Origin: an uncultured Spirochaetales bacterium
Lineage (GTDB): Bacteria > Myxococcota_A > UBA9160 > PR03
Direction of reading: 5' to 3'
Assembly: GCA_964353555.1 (NCBI GenBank)
Contig: CAYGWM010000001.1
Span: 3,659-67,658 of the forward strand
DNA: 64,000 bases
Part shown: piece by piece, positions 46,915 through 55,581 of the stretch
How positions within the stretch are numbered: position 1 is the stretch's first letter
Layout of the letters: each line of letters starts with the position of its first letter
Notes under the pieces: model-generated
Databases searched by the model: none
Told to the model about the DNA's origin: nothing
Seen by the model: only the letters and a program-made list of their open reading frames with translations
Made by a program: the position numbers and the translations under genes

Positions 46915-47598
46915 TCAGCGCGGCGTTCTCTCGCGGTGTTGGCGTCGCATTGCCGAGGCACGCGGCCCGCGCGCCCACTCGGCGAGCGCGCTCCGATCGA
47001 GCGGATCCTCGCCGGCGAGCAAGCGCTCGAGGAACGGGAAGTCGTCGAAGCCGAAAAACAACTCGCCATCGACGACCATCGTCGGCACGCCGAACACGCC
47101 GGCGGCGATCGCATCGTCGGTCTGCTTGCGCAGCGCCGCCTTCGCTTCCGGTTGCTGCGCGGATGCAACGAGCGCGGCTCCATCGAGGCCCGCCTCGGTC
47201 GCGATCTGCGCGACGACGGCCGGGTCGCTCACGTGCCGGCGCTCGGCCCACACGCCGCGGAGCAGCCCGCCGACCAGCCGCGCGCGCGCCGCGTCGTCCA
47301 TCGGTAGCGAGGTCGTGCGCAGCGCCAGCAGCGGATTGAATGGATGGAACGCCGGCGGATACAGCGGCACACCGAGAAGTGCGGCCTTGCGCAGGTTGTT
47401 CTTCGCCATCCACCAGGCCTTCGGCAGCACCTCGGCGGGACCCATCTGCCCGTGCGCTTCGAGCAGGCCCGCGAACAGCACCGGCACCGGCTCGATCACG
47501 CGACCGAAGCGTTCGGCGAGGGCCGGCAGCTGTGTCCAGGCCAGGTAGACGTTCGAGGAGAGGTAGTCGAGGTAGATGCGGATCGGCGAGTCGTTCAT
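46915..47598 (-). CDS. 2-hydroxychromene-2-carboxylate isomerase / DsbA-like thioredoxin-fold protein
   Basis: 'IRIYLDYLSSNVYLAW' and the C-terminal 'GVFGVPTMVVDGELFFGFD', typical of the HCCA-isomerase family. ATG at 47598. Confidence 0.75.
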   Translation of the reverse strand: MNDSPIRIYLDYLSSNVYLAWTQLPALAERFGRVIEPVPVLFAGLLEAHGQMGPAEVLPKAWWMAKNNLRKAALLGVPLYPPAFHPFNPLLALRTTSLPMDDAARARLVGGLLRGVWAERRHVSDPAVVAQIATEAGLDGAALVASAQQPEAKAALRKQTDDAIAAGVFGVPTMVVDGELFFGFDDFPFLERLLAGEDPLDRSALAEWARGPRASAMRRQHRERTPR

Positions 47599-47663
47599 CG
47601 GGGCGATTCTAGGCGGCCAGTCGCTATGCTGCGCGCCCGTCAATTTCAGCCAAGGAGAAGACC

Positions 47664-47987
47664 ATGGTGCGCGCGTCCGGTTTCGTGATTGCCTTCGGGT
47701 TCATTCTGCTGGTTGCGGCAGCTCCGGCTCTCGCGGATGTGACCGTCGCAGTAGGCCACAGCAGCTTCGATCCGGCGCAGGTGACGATCAAAAAGGGCGA
47801 GTCGGTGATCTTCCACAACGTCCAGGAAATGCCCGGCGGTCATACCGTGGTTGCCGACGATGGCTCGTGGAAGAGCCCGCCGCTCGCGCTGAACGAGAAG
47901 TTCACCAAGCGCTTCGAGCAGAGCGGGACCGTCAAGATCCACATCGAGCAGCATCCGCACGCGACCGGCGAGATCGTCGTCGAGTAG
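47664..47987 (+). CDS. small secreted cupredoxin-like protein (no Cys ligand)
   Basis: RBS 'aaggag', signal peptide ending 'APALA', and a plastocyanin-like 'FDPAQVTIKKGESVIFHN...GHTV' beta-sandwich pattern. The C-terminal 'IHIEQHPHATGEIVV' replaces the usual C..H..M motif. Confidence 0.6.
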   Translation: MVRASGFVIAFGFILLVAAAPALADVTVAVGHSSFDPAQVTIKKGESVIFHNVQEMPGGHTVVADDGSWKSPPLALNEKFTKRFEQSGTVKIHIEQHPHATGEIVVE

Positions 47988-47991
47988 CGAA

Positions 47992-48750
47992 CTAGCGCGT
48001 GGCGCCGGCGAGCACTTGCTCGAACGCGCGCGCAAAGCTGTAGGCGTCGCCCGGCCAGCGCGCGGAGACGTAGTTGTCGTCGCGAACGACGAACGCGGGG
48101 CTCGCGTCGTGCTCCGAGTCGCGCTGCGTGAGTGACAACGGGCCGCGCTCGAAGAGCCGCTTCGCATCGCGCAGCGCGGCCTTCACCTCGTCCTCGACGT
48201 ACGCCGGATAAGTGCGGTAGTAGCGGCCGAGTTTCCAGCACGTCAACGCGTAGGCAGTGCGCTCCTGGTACTTCGTCAGGCAAGTCGTGCGGCGGTCGTA
48301 CAGCACACTCCTTCCGGTTGCCGGGTCGATGCTGCGCGCGAGCACCAGCACGCCGTGGCAGATCGCTCCGACCGGGCGCCCGCTCGCGAAGAACGCGGCG
48401 ACGCGACGCTGCAGCGAGTCCGAACCGAGGTACTGCCGCATGCCGGGCGCGTGCCCGCCGGGCAGCAGCAGCCCGTCGTAGTCGGCGAACTCCGTCGCGT
48501 CCCACGATCGAGGCGCGCGGAACGCCGGATCGGCCTCGAGTTCGCGGTAGAACGCACACGATTCCGGCTCGGCCCCCAGTTTCCCGAACAGCACGCCCGA
48601 GAGCAGCAGCGGATCGGCTGTGGGTGCGACGCCGCCCTTCTCGGTGCAGAACTCGACGCGATGCCCGGCACGCGTGAGCAATCGCCACGGCACTGCAACC
48701 TCGGTCACGTCGAAGTCGCGGTCGGGCAGCGGGATCAGTACGCGGGGCAT
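47992..48750 (-). CDS. DJ-1/PfpI-like class I glutamine amidotransferase-fold protein
   Basis: 'YDGLLLPGGHAPG' and the nucleophile elbow 'PVGAICHGVLVL'. 252 aa. Confidence 0.75.
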   Translation of the reverse strand: MPRVLIPLPDRDFDVTEVAVPWRLLTRAGHRVEFCTEKGGVAPTADPLLLSGVLFGKLGAEPESCAFYRELEADPAFRAPRSWDATEFADYDGLLLPGGHAPGMRQYLGSDSLQRRVAAFFASGRPVGAICHGVLVLARSIDPATGRSVLYDRRTTCLTKYQERTAYALTCWKLGRYYRTYPAYVEDEVKAALRDAKRLFERGPLSLTQRDSEHDASPAFVVRDDNYVSARWPGDAYSFARAFEQVLAGATR

Positions 48751-48842
48751 CGGGGGTCGAAGCTAGCAGCGACGACGGTACGGGGGCAGCTAGCGTCTCG
48801 TGTTGGGCGCCGGTCCAGCCGATGTCGGCGCAGGAGCAGAAG

Positions 48843-50102
48843 ATGACACTCGACTACGACCCGTTCTCGCCGCGTTTCCGTGATGACCCGTATCCGGTCT
48901 ATCGCGCGTTACGGGAACAGGCGCCGGTTCATTTTGCGCCCGAGTCGAAGATGTTCTGTGTGTCGCGCCACGACGACGTCAGCCAGGTGCTGCGGCGCGC
49001 GGACCTTTTCTCGTCGTCGGCGATGGCAACCGTGCTGATGAACGCCGACATGGGGCCGATGCGGCCGCGCTACGTCTTCGCGCTCGCGCGCTTCCTCTGG
49101 AAGACGCGGATCAACCCGGTGAAGATGCAGAAGCGCGGGAACCTGACGAGTATCGACCCGCCGCGCCACGACGTGATGCGCAAGATCGTGAATCGAGCCT
49201 TCACGCCGAAGCGCATCGACGCGTGGGAGGCTCGTGCGCGGGAGATCGTTGCGACGCAGCTCGCGAAGCTCAAGCGCGGCGATGCCTTCGACGTGGTCGA
49301 GGATCTCGCGATCCCGCTGCCCGTGACGATCATCGCGGAGATGCTCGGCGTCGCCCCCGAGCGACAGCGCGACTTCAAGCGCTGGAGCGATGCGATCATC
49401 TCCGTTGCCTCGGGTTCGGCGCGACAGAACCCGGTCGAGAGCGGGATGCTCGAAGGCTTTTCTGAACTTTACGCGTATCTGCGCGAAACGGTCCGACGGC
49501 GGCGTCGCACTCCGGCAGACGACCTGGTGAGCGTGCTCGTCGATCCGTCGCAGGACGGCGTGCTCGACGAACTCGACGTCGTGAACTTCGTGGTGCTGCT
49601 GCTGGTCGCGGGCAACGAGACGACGACGAACCTGATCGGCAATGCGGTGCATGCACTGCTCGAGCATCCGGAGCAGCTCGCGCGTGTCGCGAGCGACCCT
49701 TCGCTGGTTCCGAGCCTCATCGAAGAGACGCTGCGTTACGACGCGCCGATCCAGCTGCTATTCCGCACGGCAAGCTGCGATACGGAGCTCGCCGGCAAGC
49801 GCATTCCCAAGGGATCCGTCGTCGTACCGCTGCTCGGTTCGGCGAACCGCGACGAGCGCGTCTTCGACGCACCGGATCGTTTCGACGTGACTCGCGACGC
49901 AAAGGGACATCTCGCGTTCGGCCTCGGCGTGCACTTCTGCCTCGGCTCCGCGCTTGCGCGACTCGAAGCGCGCGTCGCGCTCGAAACGCTGGTGCCGCTG
50001 CTCTCGGAGTGCGAACCGAGCCAGATGGACGCCCCGTTCGTCGATTCGTTCTTGGTGCGCGGCCGCACGCACCTGCCGATCGCAGTCAGCGGCGCCGTCT
50101 AA
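48843..50102 (+). CDS. cytochrome P450
   Basis: I-helix 'LLLVAGNETT', 'ETLR' (ExxR) and haem-binding 'FGLGVHFCLGSALAR'. The ATG at 48843 has 'aggag' 6 nt upstream; an alternative ATG is at 48822. Confidence 0.9.
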   Translation: MTLDYDPFSPRFRDDPYPVYRALREQAPVHFAPESKMFCVSRHDDVSQVLRRADLFSSSAMATVLMNADMGPMRPRYVFALARFLWKTRINPVKMQKRGNLTSIDPPRHDVMRKIVNRAFTPKRIDAWEARAREIVATQLAKLKRGDAFDVVEDLAIPLPVTIIAEMLGVAPERQRDFKRWSDAIISVASGSARQNPVESGMLEGFSELYAYLRETVRRRRRTPADDLVSVLVDPSQDGVLDELDVVNFVVLLLVAGNETTTNLIGNAVHALLEHPEQLARVASDPSLVPSLIEETLRYDAPIQLLFRTASCDTELAGKRIPKGSVVVPLLGSANRDERVFDAPDRFDVTRDAKGHLAFGLGVHFCLGSALARLEARVALETLVPLLSECEPSQMDAPFVDSFLVRGRTHLPIAVSGAV

Positions 50103-50470
50103 CCGCCCGAGCGCTTCACCGTCCAGCCGAGCTTCGCGAGCTCCGCCACCAACAGATCGCGGTGGTCGCCCTGGATTTCGATCAAGCCATCCTTCACGGT
50201 GCCGCCCGATCCACAGCTGCGTTTCAGCTTCGAAGCGAGCTCACCCAGCGCGTCGGCGGCGAGCGGCACGCCGGTCACCACCGTCACGCCCTTGCCCTTG
50301 CGTCCCTTCGTCTCGCGACCGACGCGCACGACACCGTCACCGGTTTGGGGCGCCTTGGCCGCGCGCCGGCACTGGCAGTTCGCGACGGGCATCCGGCAGC
50401 CGGGGCAGATGCGTCCGTGCTGCGTCGAGTAGACGAGTCCGCCAGCGCTTGCCGAGTTCTTGGGTTTCAT
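50099..50470 (-). CDS. yciH: SUI1/eIF1-family translation initiation factor
   Basis: C-terminal 123 aa of ORF 50099..50605. 'CPGCRMPVANCQC', 'VRVGRETKGRKGKGVTVVTG' and 'CGSGGTVKDGLIEIQGDHR'. ATG at 50470. Confidence 0.8.
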   Translation of the reverse strand: MKPKNSASAGGLVYSTQHGRICPGCRMPVANCQCRRAAKAPQTGDGVVRVGRETKGRKGKGVTVVTGVPLAADALGELASKLKRSCGSGGTVKDGLIEIQGDHRDLLVAELAKLGWTVKRSGG

Positions 50471-50543
50471 CGTCCATGCCTCGCGCGGTCGCGCCGAACG
50501 GCCCCGTGCCGCTGTTGGGCAACGTCCCTGCTCCAGCGACAAG

Positions 50544-51482
50544 CTAAGGTGAGATCGGCCATGTCTCCACCGCGAATCGTTCGGGTGCAGGAAGCGTGAT
50601 GTCACTACGACCGGGCGGGAGGTCGCTCAAGTCGTGTCCGAAGACGATGACCAATCGAGGCAAGGCGGCCTTGATGGCTCGGATCTGGTTCCGAACCTTC
50701 GCGGCGCGACTCGGGTCGACGGCGATCCGTTGCACGTCATCCGACTCGAGCCAGTCGCCGTGAACGGCCGCATCGCCGGCCAGCAATACGGGGCCCTCGG
50801 GCAGGCTCAGCAGGGCCATCAAGTCTTCGTGCGTGTGACCTCCGCCTCGGATCAGCACGACGCTGCCGTCGTGAAATAGATCGAGCGTTCCTTCGAACGG
50901 CGGCATCGGTCGCGATGACTCCTGCTGCGTGATCTCGCGCCACCGACCCTTCACGCCGAGTGAGTCTGCGTGATTTCCAGATCCGGGTCCCCCGATGACG
51001 GTTGCAGCGGGGAATGCACCGATCCTCCCGACGTGGTCATCGTGCAGGTGCGATACGATCAGCCAGCGCACGCGTGCCGGGTCAAGGCTCGCTTCGCGCA
51101 TTTGTGCGTCGAGGACATGCTCAGGACGGCCTCGGCTTTCGAAGAGCCAACGCATTGGGATCGGCATTGCCGCTTCACCGTCCCGCGCAACGGCATCAGA
51201 CAGTCCCGTATCGAAGACGAGGAGCCCCTGCTGCGGATGCGAGATCACCAGCGCGGGGACCGGGCGCCACGGCCGCTGCGTGCCGACCAACAGCGATGAC
51301 ATCCGATTGGCGCCCGTGTTGAAGACGAACAAGCGGAGGCCGGGAACCGCAAGTGGAAGCGTGTACGGACCGGGAGCAGCAACCTCTGCTGCGACGAAAA
51401 TCGGCCGGTACGGGATGACCCAGCACAGGCTGATCGCCATTGCCAGCGTCAGCGCAATCAGCGCGTTCCGTTTTGTGATCAC
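50544..51482 (-). CDS. MBL-fold metallohydrolase (lactonase-like), membrane-anchored or secreted
   Basis: 'HLHDDHVG' (HxHxDH) and 'GGHTHED', with an N-terminal hydrophobic anchor 'ALIALTLAMAISL'. GTG at 51482 avoids overlap with lspA. Confidence 0.8.
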   Translation of the reverse strand: MITKRNALIALTLAMAISLCWVIPYRPIFVAAEVAAPGPYTLPLAVPGLRLFVFNTGANRMSSLLVGTQRPWRPVPALVISHPQQGLLVFDTGLSDAVARDGEAAMPIPMRWLFESRGRPEHVLDAQMREASLDPARVRWLIVSHLHDDHVGRIGAFPAATVIGGPGSGNHADSLGVKGRWREITQQESSRPMPPFEGTLDLFHDGSVVLIRGGGHTHEDLMALLSLPEGPVLLAGDAAVHGDWLESDDVQRIAVDPSRAAKVRNQIRAIKAALPRLVIVFGHDLSDLPPGRSDITLPAPERFAVETWPISP

Positions 51483-51495
51483 GCGTGGGTCCGGC

Positions 51496-51996
51496 TCATT
51501 GCAGCCCACGCTCCGCGCTCGCTGCCCCGCGACTCGCAATCAGCAGCGCGAGCATGCCACCGACCACCGCGACGTCCGCGAAGTTGAAGATGCCGGTGCG
51601 CAGCGGGCCGATGCCGAGACTGACGAAGTCCGTCACGTGACCGTCGTGAAGAATCCGGTCGATCCAGTTGCCGAAGCCACCCCCGGCGACGAGGCCGAGT
51701 GCGGCGATCTGGGTAAGTGTCGCCGTTGCGCTTCGCAGCATACCCGCGACGAGCACGAGCAGGCCCAGCGGCACGAGTCCCCCGAGCAGCACGGTGCGAA
51801 GTAGCGGCGAAAGACCCGCGCCGAGGCCGAGGAATGCGCCCGCGTTGTAGACCACCTCGAAGCGCAGCGCGCCCGACGCGAGCGAGATCACGCGAGCCGG
51901 CTCGATCAGCGCGGTCGCTGCGCACTTGCTCGCGTGGTCGCAGCCGACGCATGCGACCAGCACCGACACGAAGACGAGAGCGCGTGTGTGATTCAT
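51496..51996 (-). CDS. lspA: lipoprotein signal peptidase II
   Basis: 'VYNAGAFLG', 'GGGFGNWIDR' and 'VTDFV...IFNFADV' are canonical LspA blocks. ATG at 51996 has GGAGG 7 nt upstream. Confidence 0.85.
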   Translation of the reverse strand: MNHTRALVFVSVLVACVGCDHASKCAATALIEPARVISLASGALRFEVVYNAGAFLGLGAGLSPLLRTVLLGGLVPLGLLVLVAGMLRSATATLTQIAALGLVAGGGFGNWIDRILHDGHVTDFVSLGIGPLRTGIFNFADVAVVGGMLALLIASRGAASAERGLQ

Positions 51997-52027
51997 GGCT
52001 GCGCCTCCGTCGCAACGAGGTTCGAGA

Positions 52028-52240
52028 CTAGTGCTGCGGCACGCAGAGAAAACACGGCGGCGCGGCGCCGGTTGCACAGGTCGTGCGTTCGCAGACACCG
52101 AGCGGACCGTCCGGGAGCTGGCACTGAACGCCCATTTCTACGCAGCGCGCTGGCGCAGCGCCGGAGTGCGAGCCGGGATCGCAGGCCATCCAAATGACGA
52201 GCGCGGTGACCGCAATCGCGGAACGGATTCGAGTTTCCAT
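52028..52240 (-). CDS. hypothetical Cys-rich secreted microprotein (70 aa)
   Basis: Signal-like N-terminus 'AIAVTALVIWMAC' (lipobox-like), followed by 6 more Cys in 50 residues. Lies 31 nt upstream of lspA on the same strand. No clear RBS and no family recognised. Confidence 0.4.
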   Translation of the reverse strand: METRIRSAIAVTALVIWMACDPGSHSGAAPARCVEMGVQCQLPDGPLGVCERTTCATGAAPPCFLCVPQH

Positions 52241-52304
52241 TCGTTGGCCCGAGCCTACCGCGTTCCCGAAGCGCCGCGTGGTAGCGTCCTCGCGGGAGGC
52301 TCCC

Positions 52305-52709
52305 GTGGCGACCCAACTCGATCACATGATCCTTCGCGTGAACGATGCGCAGCAGAGCATCGACTTCTATACGCGCATTCTCGGTCTGCACTACGAGGGC
52401 GAACGCGGCCCGTTCGCGGTGATCCGCGTCACCGATGGACTGACGTTGCAGCTCGCGCCGTGGACGACACCCGGCGGCGAGCACCTGGCGTTCGCGATGA
52501 CTCGCAGCGAGTTCGAGGACGTCTTTCGCCGCGCGCGCGAAGCGGGCATCGAGTACGGCGACTCGTTCCACACGGTCGGGAACATGCAGGGTCCCGGCGA
52601 GGAAGATGGCGCGCGCGGTCCCGGCAAGGCGCTGTACTTGTTCGACCCGAACGAGCACCTGATCGAGATTCGCTACTACGAATTCCGAACCGCACCGGTC
52701 TCGGCCTGA
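52305..52709 (+). CDS. VOC-family (glyoxalase/bleomycin-resistance fold) protein
   Basis: 'LDHMILRVNDAQQSIDFYTRILGL' and 'EHLAFAM'. The GTG at 52305 follows 'gggagg'. Confidence 0.75.
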   Translation: MATQLDHMILRVNDAQQSIDFYTRILGLHYEGERGPFAVIRVTDGLTLQLAPWTTPGGEHLAFAMTRSEFEDVFRRAREAGIEYGDSFHTVGNMQGPGEEDGARGPGKALYLFDPNEHLIEIRYYEFRTAPVSA

Positions 52710-52791
52710 GCCGGATCCGTCCTCGCGCGCTGGCGATTGCTCGCTGCTCTCGCGAAGATCGAGCACGCACGCAGCAAAGTGCTGGGAAGCT

Positions 52792-53526
52792 TCAACGAGG
52801 TCTCTTCCGTGGCACGGGCAGCAGCATGGGGACTTCTCGCTTGTACTGTCGGTAGTCGTCACCGAGGAACTTCACCAGATCGCGCTCCTCCAAGAGGATG
52901 CCAACAAGCATGTAAGCGGTCGTGGCCACGCTGAACAGCAGATGGCCGTGCGTCATCTGCGGTGTGGCCCAGAAGGCAATCACGAAACCAAGCAGAAGGG
53001 GATGGCGCACGAACCGATAGAGCGCGGTTTCCCGAAATGGGATCGGCGAGTACTCCTCACCGCGGAGTCGAAGGAAGACTTGGCGAAGTCCGAAGAGGTC
53101 GAAGTGGTTGATCAGGAAGGAACTCAGCAGAACCTGGGCCCATCCGAGCCAGAAAGCCAGCTGTAGAACCAGACGGCCGAAGGGGTTCTCGACCGTCCAG
53201 ACCACGCCAGTCATCGGCTCCCACTTCCAGTAGAGAAGGAAGAGCAACAGGCTGGAGAGCAAGACGTAGGTACTTCGCTCTACCGACCCGGGTACGAACT
53301 TCGTCCACCAGATCTTGAACCCGTGCCGTGCCATGACGCTGTGTTGGATCGCGAAGACGCCGAGCAACACGACGTTGATCAAAAGCGCATGGCTCAGTGG
53401 TCCTTCGGATCCCGAGTCGATCGTCTTCGAAGCCACCAGGTTCCCGACGAAGCCGATCGCGTAGAGGAAGCTTCCCAAGAACGCCAGGTAGGCGACAATG
53501 CCGTACAAGAATGCCGCTACTCCCAT
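52792..53526 (-). CDS. membrane methyltransferase of the ICMT/PEMT superfamily (MddA-like)
   Basis: 244 aa, 4-5 TM. 'FAIQHSVMAR' and 'YRFVRHPLLLGFVIAFWATP...EERDL...FGDDYRQY' match the ICMT-type SAM-binding C-terminus. Strong RBS 'aaggag'. Confidence 0.7.
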   Translation of the reverse strand: MGVAAFLYGIVAYLAFLGSFLYAIGFVGNLVASKTIDSGSEGPLSHALLINVVLLGVFAIQHSVMARHGFKIWWTKFVPGSVERSTYVLLSSLLLFLLYWKWEPMTGVVWTVENPFGRLVLQLAFWLGWAQVLLSSFLINHFDLFGLRQVFLRLRGEEYSPIPFRETALYRFVRHPLLLGFVIAFWATPQMTHGHLLFSVATTAYMLVGILLEERDLVKFLGDDYRQYKREVPMLLPVPRKRPR

Positions 53527-53595
53527 GACTGGTCTCCTTCTTTCCGATCGATTGCGCGTCGAATTGTTGCTCGATCAGGACCGCGCGCTGGGGTC

Positions 53596-54003
53596 CTAGC
53601 CAGGCGCGCGCTCGAACGTCATCACGCCGTCGGGCAGATGATGGAACGTCTGCTTGTCGATCGTGAAGATCACCATCTGCGGCGCGCCGTAGATGCTCGG
53701 ATCGTCGAGCGTGCCCACCTTCAGCATCACAGCGCCGGGAAGGCCGGACGACCGCGCCAGGATGTGCGTGCCGCATTGCGCGCAGAACTCGCGCGTGACG
53801 GGCTTGTCGAGATCGCTGCGGGTGAAAAGCTTCGGCTCCCCTTTGGTGTACGTGAAGCTCGCGGCCGGCATCCCCATCACGGAATTCGGATGCCCGCCTG
53901 AGATGTACTGGCACTCGCGACAGTGACACTGCGCCTTGAACAGCGGCGCACCGTCGGCCGCGAATCGCAACGCGCCGCAATAGCAACCACCTTCGATGCT
54001 CAT
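53596..54003 (-). CDS. GFA-family (glutathione-dependent formaldehyde-activating / CENP-V-like) zinc protein
   Basis: 'GGCYCGALRF', 'CHCRECQ' and 'FCAQCGTH' Cys clusters. RBS 'gaggagg'. Confidence 0.8.
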   Translation of the reverse strand: MSIEGGCYCGALRFAADGAPLFKAQCHCRECQYISGGHPNSVMGMPAASFTYTKGEPKLFTRSDLDKPVTREFCAQCGTHILARSSGLPGAVMLKVGTLDDPSIYGAPQMVIFTIDKQTFHHLPDGVMTFERAPG

Positions 54004-54178
54004 CGATTCCTCCTCGTTCCAACGGACAGCCGCGCAATTGCCGGCTGCCGTGGTGCGACGCTAACCCGAGAAGCAGGACGATGCGAAGCGGTCGATGCGA
54101 GCGCCTGGATCCAGCGCGGGGACCATTCGCGACGTGCGCGTCGTTGGCGACGAACTCGCCTTTGAGTAGCGTTTTCCG

Positions 54179-55431
54179 ATGCCCCACCGCGACGTCGCCA
54201 CCCGCTTCGTGCGGTGGACGTGCATGCGGGCGGTGTTCCACCGCGGCTACTGGCTCGTCACCAGTCTCTATCTCGTCGTCGACGCCGACCTGTCTGCGTT
54301 CCAGCTGGTGTTCCTCGGCACGGCACAGGGGCTAACGGCGCTGGCGTGCGAGGTGCCCACGGGGGTCATGGCGGACACGATCAGCCGCAAGTGGTCGATC
54401 GTGATCTCGCATCTCGTGATGGGTGTCGGCATGCTGGCAACCGGGCTCGTTACCGGGTTCCCGGCACTCGTGGTGACGCAGATGTTGTGGGGGCTGGGAT
54501 GGACGTTCGCAAGCGGTGCCGAAGTCGCGTGGGTCACCGATGAGCTCGATCGACCCGACCGCATCGCCGCTATGTTGACGGCGAGTGCTCGCTGGCAGCA
54601 GGTGGGAGCGGCTGGTGGCATGGTCGGGTTCGGCGCGCTCGCCTGGGCGACCGACTCGCCACTTCGATGGTGGCCTCTGGACTCGCCATGTTGGTGTTGG
54701 GGCTGTTCGTCGCGGCACGATTCACCGAACACCACTTCACCCCAACGCGCGAGCAGCGCTGGCGCGAGTCGGTGTCGATCTTCCGGCGCGGCGTCGACCT
54801 TGCGCGCCGCGATCCCGAGATCCTGATCGTCTTCGCTGCGACGATCCTGGTGAACGGCGCCGCGGAAGCGTTCGGGCGGTTGTTCCCCAAACAACTGGTC
54901 GAACTCGGCTTCCCTGCGCAACTCGATCCGATCGTGTGGCTCACGGCGCTCGGTCTCGTCACGCTGGCGGTCGGCGCGCTCGCGTTGCGCATCGTCGAGG
55001 CGCGCATCGATGGCGCAGGCGTCGCCCGACGCGTCTATGTGTCAGCGTGCTTCATCGGTGCGCTCGGCCTGATCGTGCTCGCGGGCGCGCCCGACGACGT
55101 CACCGGCATGGCGGGCGTGTTGCTCGTGAGTGGCATCGCGTTGACCGTGACCCGTTGCGTCAGCGTGATCTGGGTCAACCGCCGCGCCACCAGCGACGTG
55201 CGGGCGACGGTGCAGTCCTTCCTCGCCCAGGCGGAATACTGCGGCGAGATCTTCCTCGGACTCACGCTCGCCGTCATCGCCCAGACAACGAGCATCGCGA
55301 CCGCGATGATGGGCTCGTGCGCGCTCGTCACGTGCGCCGGAGTTCTTGTCGTTCGCTCACGCCAGCGCGGATCGCGCCGCGGTCGTCGCGCAGGAGAATC
55401 CCCAGCATGCGGCCGTCGTGATGGCCGGTGA
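54179..55431 (+). pseudogene. MFS transporter interrupted by a frameshift near 54645-54667
   Basis: ORF 54179..54826 encodes TM1-6 ('EVPTGVMADTISRK', 'LWGLGWTFASGAEVAWVTDE') and turns to junk after 'GALAWATD'. ORF 54667..55431 in the next frame encodes TM7-12. Neither half is a complete MFS. Confidence 0.65.
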
Positions 55432-55522
55432 CGTCGGCGTTGTGCTCGTTGATCTGATTCTCGAGGAACGCGATGTCGGCTGCGGCGGGATCCTCGAGGA
55501 CGCGGAGCGGTTCGCCGGGCAT
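55328..55522 (-). pseudogene. truncated GNAT N-acetyltransferase remnant (64 codons)
   Basis: 'MPGEPLRVLEDPAAADIAFLENQINEHNADVTGHHDGRMLGILLRDDRGAIRAG' matches the N-terminal third of small GNATs. It then terminates before the acetyl-CoA (R/QxxGxG/A) motif, and the 3' end overlaps the MFS tail. Confidence 0.5.
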
Positions 55523-55581
55523 GATGGATGATGCCACCCCGCGCGGCTGTCGCGCGAACGATCCAGGTCTAGAATGCCGCG

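Noticed and set aside
47605-47645. Sigma-54 -24/-12-like element 'GGCCAGTCGCTATGCT' upstream of the cupredoxin-like gene
   Set aside because: The GG-to-GC spacing is one base longer than the consensus, and the flanking bases do not match TGGCAC/TTGCW.
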